Shown: in pieces, positions 14,336 to 28,128 of the stretch
Layout of the letters: the number at the start of each line of letters is the position of its first letter
Numbering within the stretch: the first letter of the stretch is position 1
Source of the DNA: the human T2T-CHM13v2.0 reference genome, Homo sapiens
Assembly: GCF_009914755.1 (NCBI RefSeq)
Contig: NC_060934.1
Length of the DNA: 64,000 bases
Strand: one strand, 5' to 3'
Made by a program: the position numbers and the translations under genes
Notes under the pieces: generated by a model
The model's input: only the letters and a program-made list of their open reading frames with translations
Databases searched by the model: none
What the model was told of the DNA's origin: nothing

Positions 14336-14533
14336 AGCACAGCTTCTCAACATTGGCACTATGACATTTTGGGTCAGACAATTATTTAATGCAGAGGGGG
14401 CTATAGGATGCTTAGCAGTGTCTCTGGCCAGTAGCGTACCTCCTCCTCTCCAAGTTTTGACAACTATCAAAAAGGCTTCTAGACATTGACAACTATCCCC
14501 TGAAAAGTAAAATTGTCCCTGCTTGAGAACACA
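14336..14533 (+). mobile_element. MER20 (hAT-Charlie MITE)
   Basis: ttctcaacattggcactatgacattttggg...ctagacattg...ttgagaac termini. Confidence 0.8.
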
Positions 14534-15728
14534 AATATAAAGTAACCACTCAAAGATTACATTACTAATTTTAATTGAATTTGACCAGCATTATGAAATA
14601 AGCATAAGCTTAAGTTTCTACCCTTGATTTTGTCATTGTCAGTTAGGGCAGCAGAGAACTCCAATTCTGAAAATTCTGAACATGTGCTAATACCCTATAA
14701 TATAATCAAAACTTTCATTTTTGAATTGTATTTCTTAAAAATTAGAAAATTTATTAAGCAGCAACATGGAATAATTAACCACAAAAATGTTGAACATAAA
14801 TCTCATTTGCCTAAGTTCTCTTTTGAAGTCCTATTTCACTATATAAGTATTATGTGTTTTGTTTCACAGCTAGATAACAGCCAGTTTTTTCTTTGAGCCT
14901 AAGGTTGCTTCTCAAATTTATGGTGGCTTATAGCTCTTCTAAGTTTCTATAAAACTTCAGCAACCTGCAGCAGGTTGAAATTTATTGATATTGAGTTATT
15001 CACCAGGTCATATTACAAAGTCAGGGATTGACTCACCCAAACCAGATGCTCCCCCTGCCACCAGATCACTAGGAGATATTGCAATCATTTCCCCTGGTTA
15101 CTAAATTAGCAAAAATTCTCAGGGAGAGAGAAGGGCAAGATGGCACAGTTTAATACTTACTATTATTCTTTTATTCTTTACCATCATTCCCTTTGAATGG
15201 ATTAAGAATCTGACATAAATATAACTTGCTAAAGAAAGGGTGTTAGGTGAGAGGGAAGTCATATTGGTCTAAGAAAAGTCTTAGAGAAATATTTTGAAAA
15301 GAGGCAGAGAGAAGGGTTGGATTGGAGTGGGTGGGTGGGGAATCACACTAAGGAGATGGATCATTCATAATTTCTTTAGACATGGTGAGGCAGCCACAGG
15401 AGTCTGAACTTGTTGAAACCCTAGTCTGAAGCCAATAAAAGTGCTCAATAAGGTCATACTTTGATCTTCTCTGCCTAAAGCAGTTATTCACCCTATCTTT
15501 GGGAGAGGAAACATCTACAAACCTTTGTTCTCTTTGTTAGCAGAGGGATGACATGAATTTGGGAAAAACGTTTGAGAGACAAAATGAGATTTAGCTCGAG
15601 CAAGTGATCGACTTGTGCTGGGTTGCAAATGGACTTTTCCAACAGGCAGATTGAAACTGTGCTTCAGCAATTAGGATACCAGATATAAACATCCATGCAC
15701 AGAATTGGAAAGGTTCAGCTTTCATGGT

Positions 15729-16151
15729 TGCTATGGTTTGAATGTTCCCTCCAAAACTCATGTTGAAACTTAATCCAAAATATGACAATATAGAGAATGA
15801 GCTTTTTAAAGAGGGGATTGGATCATGAAAGTTCTTCCCTCATGAGTGGATTAATTCATTGATAAGTCAGTGGATTAATAGGTTATCTTGGGAGGGAAAC
15901 CGTTGGATTTATAAGAAGGGGAAGATAGACCTGAGCTAGCATGTTGGCATACTCAGCCCTCTTGCCATATGATACCCTGTGCTACCTTGGGACTCTTCTG
16001 AGAGTCCCCACAAGCAAGAAGGCTCTCAAAAGATATGCCCCATCGACCTTGGATTTCCAAGCCTCCTTGGCTGTAGAAAATAAATTCAGTTCTTTGTAAA
16101 TTACTCAGTTTTAGGTATACTGCTATAAGCAACAGAAAACGGACTAAGACA
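15729..16151 (+). mobile_element. solo MaLR LTR (MSTC-like)
   Basis: TG...CA termini (tgctatggtttgaatg...ggactaagaca) with a perfect 5-bp TSD ATGGT (15724-15728, 16152-16156). Confidence 0.92.
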
Positions 16152-16831
16152 ATGGTCTTATCCAGAACTTTGTAAACTAGAATTGCCTGTTTAGATTCAG
16201 TATGTATTTTTTTTACAGATGCAAAGTAATTTTGTTTTGAACTGTACAATGAAGGAGTGTCATAAGCTTTTCCACATGTAGAGGCTCTAAATATCAGTCT
16301 GGCATTGTGATAAAGCAGAGAGTTTAAACCCAATCCTATTTGTGCCCCATGAACGTTCTTTCTGGTTACAGTTCAGAAAAATAGGAATGGATGCGTAACT
16401 CAAGGAGAAGCATTTAATACATGAGGCTTTTTCTCAAAATTTTGATTTAGAAAATGAGGTATTTTAGTATGTTAATTATAGGCATTTCAACTGAGAAGTC
16501 TAATAGCATTGGGCCAGAATTGTTGCAGCAGTCCAAAGCCATGGATAAACTTAAGTTAAAGGGAACAAATACTAACAGCCTTCCAAATTAATCTGTATTG
16601 GAGAGGATGATAAACAGATGAATGGGAACTAGAAACCATGCAGACTTGGAACTAGATATAAAACAAACAGCTATCTAATGATTCCTTATTTACTCTGAGC
16701 CCAAGATATTCTTGTATCCTTTTAGTTAAACCTCTGTTTTACTAAGGAAATTTAAATAAGATTCTGTCTCTTGCAAGAAAATAACATCTAAGACATCTTC
16801 GTATTTAATACTGCCTTAATTTTGTTTACAC

Positions 16832-17158
16832 CAGTGGTCCCCAACCTCTTTGGTACCAGGGATTCGTTTCGTGGAAGACAATATTTCCATGGACAGGGTT
16901 GGGGGGAAGGTTTCGGGATAAAACTGTTCCACTACTCAGATCATCAAGCACTAGATTCTCATAAGGATCAAACTAGATCACTTGCATGCGCAGTTCACAG
17001 TAGAGCTGGTGCTTCTGTGAGAATCAAATGCTGCCAATGATCTGATAGGAGGCAGAGCTCAGGAGTAATGCTCACTCATCCACCTCTCCCATTCTGCTGT
17101 GTGGCCCAGTTCCTAACAGGCCCAGTACCAGTTTGTGGCCCGGGGGTTGGGACCCCTG
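16832..17158 (+). mobile_element. MER1B (hAT-Charlie)
   Basis: TIRs cagtggtccccaacc / ggttgggacccctg; 8-bp TSD gtttacac/ttttacac. Confidence 0.92.
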
Positions 17159-17827
17159 TTTTACACTATAACATTTCCACACGTCTCTCATGGCCTTTCA
17201 GATCCACTGCTTGTCTCAACTCAAGTCCGGCTACCTGAAAATTCGATTATTTTTTCAAAGTGAATTTGAATATCTTTATGTTGAATACACAGTCTCCACT
17301 TTTACGCAGCCCCTACTGTCTTATATCATACCTCTCTAGCCCTGGAAGAGATCAACTTTACATTCACTTTTCCTGTTTTAGGGCTATTATTTTATCTTCA
17401 ATTATCAAAATCTATCTACATTTAGATACTTTAACTTGCAAATACATAGTAAACAATTACGGATTATTTAAAATAGCAGTTTTCCCATGAGTATAAAAAA
17501 AAAAGAACAATAAAAGCAATATTTGTTGAGTATTTTAAAGTGCCAGGCACTGCGCAGTGTGCTTTGCTTAAGTAAATGTTTGACAAAATAAAAGGTCTTT
17601 TAAAAGTTCCATGCTTTAACATTAATAACCATATAAAGATAAGGTTAGACTTTCTATCAAATTAGCAGTTTTGTGAAGATAGGCCTTTTCTGCTATATAG
17701 AATCTCCTCAAACCTGAGTGTTCGTATTATGGATTATCTAGTATACTCCATAGCTATCAAGTTTGTGTGTGTATGTTTCTTTCTCAAGCAAGTTATCTTA
17801 TTTCTCCTTATTTCTTCAGACTTATCC

Positions 17828-18129
<302 letters not shown>

Positions 18130-20358
18130 CCTAACCTCTCATTTCTAAGGAAATGACAAATTAAGTCTTTTATGAAAATACAGTGTAGGGTCATTTAAAA
18201 ATATTTTTTGTAATAGGTGTCTCTGTACATAAATCTATTTAATTTTTTCTCTTTTACAGTAAAAAGGCAATACTGTGTTTTAGTTTCACCAAAAATTTCA
18301 GTAGACCAATTGTGTAAAGGGATACATTTATATGAATTTTTTTGACATAGTAAAAACTAAGAGGGGAAGTTATTCAAATATTTCAGCATAAATTCCCTTT
18401 CCTTGAAATTGCAATCATCATGTGTAGCTACAATTCCTCAGCATTCCTCTGTAGTTTAGATATTCCCAAATGTCTGACTAATAACTCTATCTATAGGCAA
18501 CTGTTCTGAAGGTTTAAAGTAAGGAGGATGGGGTTCATTTAGAACCAGTGGGAAAAAATGCTAATGCTGGGCTTTGAATTTTATGGATGCTGTAGCTGTT
18601 ATTTTTCAATTAAATAAATGTTTATATGCCATGTTTTGTAGCTATCGCAGTTAAACTGCCCTCATCTTTTTGCCCAGCAAAAAACCCATTAAGATCTTCA
18701 CTGAGATTGAGTCTAGGTTTTTTATAAAATTAATAACTGTGCTACTGGTTTCTCAAAAATGAGTAGAAATGACTTTTCAATGCAAATGCCAGTTTTTGAT
18801 ACAGTGAAATTATCCTGTCTGCAGTGACTATTTGAACTTTTATCGGCAATCGGACACTGAGAGACTTAGTATATGAACAGATTTATCCTTAGATTATCTA
18901 ATACATGCTTTGCACCCTGCACCATAAAACCTGATCTATTTTTAAAGCCTTGGTTGTTCTGAAAAATGAAATGAAATTGTATTAAATGGCATTTTGACTG
19001 GGGAGAAAAAAAAAACTTCATGTGGTTTAAGAGAATGGATGCCGGCAATTGACTGTCTACTGTTTATTCAAAACCTATAGATTAGCAGCCAGATGTGGCA
19101 GAAATTGGCTGATTTTTCATTCACAACAAAAACGATGCTGTGCTTAATGAATGGAGGTTTGTTATCCCAGTAATAAGTAAAAGGTACATGAAAGCCCTTG
19201 TGTTTAATGTTCATGCAAATAAGCTATTTGCAGGTGGCTTTTGGGCAGGGTCAAATATTTTCAAATATTTTTCAAAACTGGGTCAAGTTTTTTAATTGTC
19301 AAAAATTACCAGCTAGAGGAAAACCTCCTAAAAACTTTATTATGCTATTTCCCAAGTAAATGAAATGACAAGTCACTTATCATTTAATAAATTACATATG
19401 AAAATTCTTTTCCTTATGATTTCATCAATAAATAAATTCTAGAGGATTCTAGATATATTTATTTGGCTTCTTTTTTTTAATGTGGTATCAAATTTTGTGG
19501 ATATTCTTTAGAGAATCAAATTCTTAAAATGGCATTGAACATTTAATTTAAAATGCCCTTCTTGAACCATACATGTTTATTAAAAAATTATTTTATATAG
19601 GTTATCCATTAAAAAACAATTTTCTATATATGTAAACATTTATGATAACTGCTCATTATTTTGGTCCATACTTATTTATCTACCTATTTATTAAACAATA
19701 CAAATCATACGCTTTGTAAAAATAAAGGCCTAGTCTAATATTACTCTCTGTCAGAAATAAAATAATTCAGAGAAGTCTGTATTACAAGACAAAATAAAAC
19801 AAAATAGAAAATGATGAGAATCACAAAACCATTGCCAAATTTCCAGCTATGATATTTACTCTCCATGTGGCCTTAGGTATCTTACTCTCTTATTTTAACC
19901 TTTCTTTGATTACTGTAAAAATAATTTGTTACTAAGAAGCCCTCTTGCTTTAGTAGCTGTGAGTATAAAATTAAGAACATAATTCTCAAAAAGTGTTTTA
20001 GTCTTCCTGGAAACATTTTAAAATATCAATTAATCATTGAACAATATACAATCGCCTGATCATTTGCTAAGAGAGGGTTGCATTCTCATCTCTGTTCACT
20101 TCTGTCCTTTCTGAGACTCAAACAGGTATGAGAGCTAGAAAAAATATTAATGTGTAGTAATTCAAAATTTCTCATTCATGAATCTCTTCAGCAGTGCAAA
20201 GAATACTTTGTAATTTTTAAAAGGCATTTTTATTAATATACTTCTACTATTCTACCCCAATCAACAGCAAATTTACCTAAATCATGAGACTACTGGTACT
20301 GCTAATTTTTAGAAAAGAATGACATAAGAACTACTATTAAACCCAATGAATCCTTTAC

Positions 20359-20526
20359 CTGAAATGAGAATGTCCACGAGTCAGCTCTTCTGACCCTCTG
20401 GCCAGTGTTCTGGAGTTACTGATCTCCAACTTTCTAATTGAACTCTAGCTTGGTATGTGAGAGCAGCCATGGGTGAACCAGTGGAGCAAGATTTAAGCCT
20501 TGACATTGCCATTAATGATTCACCAC
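20359..20526 (-). other. candidate internal exon (168 nt)
   Basis: minus-strand acceptor aacttgcaacag|GTG and donor CAG|gtaaag; GC-richer than flanks. Confidence 0.25.
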
Positions 20527-21381
20527 CTGTTGCAAGTTCAATAAGTTATCCACACACCAAATTGTGGTCGCAGAATTCAGTGAGATAAACTAAGTTAGAA
20601 AGATTTGGGGTGAATAAATGTTTGCTAAATCAGAATTGTTAATGATAGAAATCTGTATCTTAACAAAGTTGAGAAATCTTGTCTTCTTAACGTGTATTTA
20701 TTGACTTCCCAGGATATGTCTTAGTAAGGAAACATAGCTTCTGGCATTTATTATTAGAGTGATAAGGAATAATAAACCACAGTGCTTGAGAGACAGGGAA
20801 AGGCAGGGGGACCTAGAGACACAGTAACAGAAGCAGATTAATTGACTGATGAAATAAACTTGAGATGAGAGAGCACAGAGGAGGTTCAAGAGATGGAACC
20901 ATATATTCCTCTCTATCTGCTCCCACCATCAAGGGAATTAATAGCATATTTTATAATGAATCCCTGATAAATATTAGTCTATAATTGAAAATCTATTAAA
21001 ATGACTATTTCTTAGGGTACACAAAAATATTACAACAAAACAAGTAAAGAAAAGTTGCCATGGGATGGAATATTATATTTTCCTGCATGTCTGCTTCAAG
21101 GCAGAATCCTAATGGTCATGTAGGTAGGTAAATTATTCTTTTTACAGCAACTTCTGGGAGGTGGTATTTGGTGGCGCATAAAAGGCAAGGGGTGTAGTGA
21201 GGGTAAAGTGTAAGTACTTTGATCTTGAGCCTTGACTATATTGGACTTGGGATCTCGGAAATCTTGGGGATAAACCGTGGATTAAATCCATAAATTAGTA
21301 GAGTGTTGATTATACAACAGGTAGAACTACGTGCCACTTTTGGAGGGATAGTCTTCTTTTTTTAAAAAAACAAAAGGCCTT

Positions 21382-21409
21382 AAAGGCTTTATATATATAT
21401 AAAGCCTTT
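21382..21409. repeat. perfect 28-bp palindrome
   Basis: aaaggctttatatatatataaagccttt equals its own reverse complement. Confidence 0.95.
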
Positions 21410-21436
21410 TTAAATTATAATAAATACATATTTTTT

Positions 21437-21572
21437 AATGAAACAATCTGCACATATACAATTCCACTCTCAAGAAAGGCAATTATTTACATAATTTTGC
21501 AGAAATTCCTATAATTATGAAAATAATTGCCTTTCTTCAGAGTGGAGTTGTATATGTGCAGATTGTTTCATT
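21437..21572. repeat. inverted repeat: 60-bp arms, 16-nt spacer
   Basis: arm 21437-21496 versus reverse complement of 21513-21572: 57/60 identical. Confidence 0.95.
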
Positions 21573-22299
21573 TTAAGAAAAAAAATATTTATTGATTTGA
21601 TTAACTGAAGTTCTGGACGCTTAAAAAATGATTAAAATACACAGATCTACTATCTGTCTTCATGAACTTTAAATGTCTTGTAAGAAACTCAAGTAATAAA
21701 GACTACAACATTTATTATTTAACTGGAACATGTATTATTTATTATCCTAACTGTGGTTAGGAAGCACCATTATCTATTATATCTAAATTAATCAAGTTGT
21801 ATCCTGTAACAGGTTTCCTGTTATCCACTCATGTCTTCTAACTTCTGAAGTATTGTTTAAATTACAAAGGAGAAACCTAGACACTACATTTTCTAGGATC
21901 TCAGGACAATAGAGCTCCAGGTGAAATTATGCTAAATAAGGGCATGAGTGTAAGATGTGGATGTCACAGTGAAGAGATTTAGAGCATTTTTCTGGTGACC
22001 TCCTGTTTAGGTTTGACAAGCATCTAAAATCATTGTTAGCAACTTTCCCATAATTATTGCATTTTCAGCCTTTATGAAAATAGCAGCATTTTTTTTCCTT
22101 TCTTTGCCCATGCACACCATCTAATCATGAGATAAGTCTCCTTCTGAGTCCCCAAATACATGACATACATAGATTGGGATCTTTTTCTGACCTGTTCCTG
22201 TCTGATACATTCTTCAACTCTAAGATGAGTTCATACTCATCTTCTGAAGCCCCTGGGAAATGGAAATATTTTTTCATATTAGATGTTGGTAGAGACCCA

Positions 22300-22510
22300 T
22301 CATTTAATGAACATCTATGTGCCAGGAATTGTACAAGGCACTTAGATACATTATTCGTGTACCTCACACAAATGTATCAACAACACAACAAAATGTCTGT
22401 ATGAAATAATAATTATTATATCCCTTATATGGAAACAGATCCAGAGAGGAAGATACACTAGCATGTGTAAATAGAGGATTCAAGAATTAAACATCCATCT
22501 GTCCAACTGA
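22300..22510 (-). mobile_element. MIR
   Basis: catttaatgaacatctatgtgccaggaattgtac...attattatatccc...ggaaacaga. Confidence 0.6.
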
Positions 22511-23125
22511 CTACAAGCTCTTTCATAAAATGCTAATTTCTCTCCTGCTTCTAATTTTCTTATCAAAAATTGTCATCTATTGTTATTGGGTCTATGGGTG
22601 GGTAGTGACTCCTTGGTTTCCATTTTGTTCTAGCGGATTACTGTCTTTATTTTTGTTCTAGTGTTTATTGAGAGTCCTAATTAATTAACCTGGCTGCTCT
22701 GACTTCCATCAGCTCACCATTGTCTCTTCTTCCAGCTCATAATTTCTGTAACAGAGCTCTAGGCTATGCTAAAGTTCTGCTATATGCTGCCAGTCTCTCT
22801 AGATCCAAGTGCCTCTTGTCGGCCAAGTTTATATGCACGTGTTTAAAATCTTCTTATTGACTCTATATACAAAGTCTTCACATGCCTTCCTCCTTAAAAT
22901 AATAGCATTGTGAGAAGAAAAAAAAATCATCATTCTTTTTAAAACTAATTCAGGATGTCTATGTAATACAACAACAAGATGTGGGGGAATATTTACCTGG
23001 TAGTTCTGTCCCTCATTATCATTCTCACTCATTATAAAATTGGTATCTGAAAAAAATCTTGCTGCAAAAACAAAAAAAATGTATAGGGTATAAAGAAAAA
23101 GTTTGCTTCACATCATAACCATTAC

Positions 23126-23281
23126 CCATCCCATTGCCAAAGGGAAGATTGTACACTACATGATTCCGGGGAGCAGCATTCACATAGACTACAGTGTGCA
23201 TGGTACATGCAAGAGACCCCATAGTACTACCCACTTTGTCCTCCTTGTAGACATGCTCACAGATGATCCATGCTCCCTGAC
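23126..23281 (-). other. candidate internal exon (156 nt, open in phase 1)
   Basis: acceptor ctcttttatttgactactccag|GT and donor TGG|gtaatg; lies within ORF 23025..23393; no recognised protein. Confidence 0.3.
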
Positions 23282-24889
23282 CTGGAGTAGTCAAATAAAA
23301 GAGTAGCATCAATTTATTAACATTCTTTCCAGACCATTTTCTAGGTATTCCCATTATATATTCCTTCAAATGGAAGGATTTTATTCTGTACATCGCATCT
23401 CACTGTACACATTTTTTTCTGAAATCTGAAATCTGAGTATTTTAATTTTATGCAGTTTCAACTGTGAGAAGTACCTGACAGACTGACCTGACCTAACTCT
23501 CTCTAAGCTAAAACACTCATAAACTAGCACAGAAGCTTTACACATTTATCCATTTCTCTAATTTACTTATCTATTTTTTCCTGAAACATCTATTAATCTG
23601 GCAGTTATTTGAGATGACTGTGAGCTTACTATTTGCCAGTGATGGCATGAGCACCTTGGTTTAGTCTAGTGCCTGGCATTTATTTTCCTAAATTCTGGCA
23701 GCAAGTTTAGCTGTAAGCATATTTTTTATCAGAACAATCATCCATCTTTAACTACATGTGAGGAAAGTACTTTCTTATATTGCATTACACATTTTTATAT
23801 GGCCACAGAAATCCTTACTTAATCTGACAAAATTATGGCAGATTTCTTTCTCGTAAGGTCAAGGAAAGAATCATTCTGTACTGTTTCCATGGAGATGTTT
23901 CTCCTTTTCTCAATTGCCAATTGTCTACTGTGTGTCCTGGGTTCCTTCTTTTCATATGTCATGAGGATTCTCACCCCAGCATTCTGCTCCTCTGAGTAAA
24001 AGCCCTTGACTTTTCACTTCTCAGTTGTTTTGTTTGTAGTTTTCTTGCTTTCCTTTATTTTTCTTACTCTATAAATGCTACGAAAGTGTATGTAAAAATT
24101 TACCCATCTTTTAGTTTATATTTGTTATCACCCTTTATTCATATACCAAACCATATAGGAAATGAATATAAGGAGATCTTCCTTAGTAGGAGGTAGAAGT
24201 AAAATTTTGTTTAGAATAAAAACAGAAAAAAAGAGAACAAAATTCCATATCACCAGTTTGCTTCTAAATGCCCAATAAGTTTCCACTTATGAGCTTGCTA
24301 CTGTACACAACGCAAGGGCTTGTAAAAAATTGTCTAAATGATAGTGGTTAAGGACGTACTTTAGGCTAGGTTACTTTAAAAAAATATATCATCACTTCTG
24401 CCGTCAAAAGTGAATTTGATGTATCATAATTGTTAAAGTTGAGGAGGGTCAAGGATTCCTCTCATTCTATGGTTTCCTTATAAATACACTTTCTAATAAA
24501 TGCCTAATTTTTTTCTGTGAAATTAAACCATTAGATATTGCTGAATGTCTGTGTGTTTCTTACTTTTCTAGAATCTCATTCTTAATTATAGTTTTATATT
24601 TTTCCTTCAACAAAGTCTTAAAACCCATGCAGCTGGTGTCTATTATTTACATTCTGTGATGTATTTTATTTGACTTTGTGTTTTTAGTCTTTTCACAGAA
24701 ATCCTTTTATTGTGATCTTCTTTTCCAAAAGCACTTATTTCATATCTTTTTTCCATACCTATCTTCATTAGCAGGTTGCATTTCAGTTTCTTCAGTCCTT
24801 TTTTAGATAATATATTTTACTACATCTGCCTTCACAACACTGTATATGCTCTGATGATCAGGTCTCCCTTTTTTTTTTTTTTTTTTTCA

Positions 24890-25366
<477 letters not shown>

Positions 25367-25548
25367 TCAAAAGGTTCAAATACTAGTTTTTGGCTGCTTT
25401 CTGTCTATATTTTTCTTCTAGAGAAATTTTCTGTTATGAAGTATTGAACTATTCAGTATACTTTAATATTTTCCAAATAAAGTTTCAAAACTGATATTTA
25501 ACAATATTCTCTTATATTCAAACATATTCTGAACTATTTTCTGCTGTG

Positions 25549-25773
25549 AACCTCTGCCTTTCTGGTTCAAGCAATTCTCATGTTTCAGCCTCCCAAGTAA
25601 CTGGAATTACACACACACGCCACCTCGCCTGGCTAATTTTTGTATTTTTAGTAGAGACACAGTTTCACCATGTTGGCCAGGCTGGTCTCTCAAACTCCTG
25701 ACCTCAAGAGAGCTGCCTGCCTTGGCCTCCCAAAGTGCTGGGATTACAAGCGTGAGCCACTGCACCTAGCTGG
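25549..25773 (-). mobile_element. AluS lacking its 3' end and A-tail
   Basis: starts abruptly at aacctctgcc (mid right arm) and runs to ...gagccactgcacctagc. Confidence 0.9.
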
Positions 25774-26139
25774 TTATACATATTTTCAAGTCTATTGATA
25801 CCTAGTGCCAGGAACTTGATTTCAAGAAGAAATATATGTTGTATGAATGCAAGGGCTGTGTTTGCTTTTGCTCACCTGCTTCTGCAGTGGCCAGGCTTTT
25901 TGTCACATTAAAGGTACTCAGTAAAACATTTGCTCAATGAATAAATGTATGGCACCTGCCACTGAAAATTAAGAATGTCTCCAAAATCAGACAACATGAC
26001 ATGCGTATCTCTTTTGGGTTGCCAGTGTTGTAATTCTACTCACACCAGTGGTAGTTCTTCTGAGGCACTAACAAGTAGTATTTTTCTGGTGGTTATGATC
26101 TCACTTTCCAGCTTCTCTCATGTATCAGAGATATTTTAT

Positions 26140-26378
26140 AGCAGTTGAAAATTTGAACTCTCAAATTAGATAAGTTGTAACTTAGAGTCCTCCACTAGGT
26201 AGCTGTGTAAACTCGGGAGTCATATAACTTCTCTGGGCCTCAGTTTTCCTCCATGAAATGGGAAGATTGACAGCATCCACTTCACCGAGAGGTTGTGAGG
26301 ATTAAATGAGCTCATTTTCATAGAAATGCATTATGGTGCTGAGCACATAGTAATTGTTCAATAAATGTTTTCTGTTAT
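26140..26378 (+). mobile_element. MIR (an L2 tail fragment lies upstream at ~25840-25948)
   Basis: aacttctctgggcctcagtttt...gttgtgaggattaaatgag...gcacatagtaattgttcaataaatgtt. Confidence 0.85.
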
Positions 26379-26569
26379 TTGACATAATTGAGAAACTCTG
26401 AAAATACTTTTTCCTCCAAAAGGGAGTATATAAGGAAAGATGATGATTCTATGTAAACGTCTCAAAAAAGAGCCGAGAAGTACAAATGAGAAAATACAAT
26501 TGAGAAAACAGAATTTTAAAAGATTTCATAACCTTTTAAATTCCTCCTTGGTTGTTTTTATTATCCCAG

Positions 26570-26712
26570 GCCTATTTCTTTCTAATAATTGGCAGAAAAA
26601 TCACAGACCAAAGGCCTCCTCTGGCAGGGGAGCCTGGAAGAGCAGCTGGGGAGATTGGCGTCCTACCCCACTGCCAGTCTTCCCAGGGACTGAGAGAGGG
26701 AACAGGAAATTG
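26570..26712 (+). other. candidate internal exon (143 nt), probably non-coding
   Basis: acceptor gttgtttttattatcccag|G and donor TTG|gtgagt. Confidence 0.3.
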
Positions 26713-27029
26713 GTGAGTGTCTGAAGGTCTACAGTGAGGGGGACAGAAGAGAGAATGCAGGGACAAGTAATAGACTGATAAAAGACTTTGAGACTTGAAG
26801 AGTTTCCAGTTTGGACGAGCTGCTGGCACTGTGTGCCTGGGTCAGTCACAGTGGGATATGGATGCTGACTACTGAGTGAGGATCGAGTAGGTGTGTGGGC
26901 AAGGGCAGGTCATGTCCCACTAAGGACTGGCAGAGGCTGGCAGTGCTAGGAGAGGACCAGTCCTGGGGGAGGGAGAGCTAGTGTTGAAAACAGGGACCAA
27001 ATCAAGCCTTTGTTTTCCCAGATGTGCTA

Positions 27030-27545
27030 TATTCAGTCATTTAATCGACAGCTGTTCTTGAGAGTCTACTATACGCCAGGTGCTGATGCAGGCCCAGGGG
27101 TAACAGCAGTCAACCAAGAAACAGGCAAACATTTCACCCTTTGTGGAGCTGTGTTCTAGTGGGAGGAGATAGACAATATACAATAAATATAAAACATACC
27201 CCAGTGATATGTATTAGAACATAATAGGTACCTTTTTTAAAAAAGAGCTGAATAATGAGGGTGGTGAGGGTGAGTGGTGAAGGGGAAGTTTGCAATATTG
27301 ATTGGGGTTAATAAGGGTGGGCCTTGTTCAAACAGTGGCATGAAAGCCAAGACATGACGCAGGTAAACGAGCAAGCTAGAGAGTGTTCTAGGCAAATGTA
27401 AAAGCCTCAAGGTAGAAGTCTGTCTGTTTTTGAGGAAGGCCAGAGTGGCTGGAGCAGAGTGAGTGAGGGAGAGGATGGTAGGAAATCAGGGCAGGGAGAT
27501 TAATAGGGGACCGGTTAGTAGGGACCCCAGGAGGCCACTGTAGTG
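27030..27545 (-). mobile_element. L2 3' fragment
   Basis: attcagtcatttaatc...ctactatacgccagg...ggagctgtgttctagtggg...gaggaaggccagagtggctggagcagagtgag. Confidence 0.75.
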
Positions 27546-28128
27546 TTGGATATTCCTGGATCAGAGTTTCTCAAATCATTCTCCACAGGTAATGTCTATT
27601 CTCCAAGAGAGTTTTCCTTGGCCTGTGGCCAGGCTGCTCAAATAGAATGCAGAAACAAAGAATTTGCCTGAATTCTGCTAGCCACTCTCCAAGGTCTTCT
27701 CCTGCGATGGGTGGAGGGACTTTCAGGGCAACCCTGTTCTAAGTAGGAGGTGAAGGTGATATCCAGACAAATCCTTCCTGGGTATTTGCTCGGGGGAACT
27801 TGGGACTTTTTGGCAGTATTGTCTAAGGCTCTGGCTCATTAATTCAGCCCTCGTGTTCCCGTATCTGCAAGGGCATAACTGCAGTCCCCTCAGTTCTCTG
27901 GGTAATGTGACTCTCACTGCAAACCTCAACATGGAAAGCTCTTGCTAAGGTGGGAAGGTCTCAGTCCTCCAAAGGAAACGAAGTTGTGGCAGCCTTTTTA
28001 CTAGAAGGATCAACTTAGTAATTAACAAAAATACTTAAAATAATGAAGAGGAGGTGGGTGTAATCAAGAACTATGATTATTCAGGATCTCTGTAGGAGTA
28101 AATGTATTACTTCAAAATTCTCCAGTTT

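Noticed and set aside
21437-21572. Assigning a known MIR gene name to the hairpin
   Set aside because: It does not match any miRNA sequence I can recall with confidence.
24868-24887. T20 run as the tail of a short retroposed RNA
   Set aside because: No recognisable head sequence or TSD; treated as a simple homopolymer.
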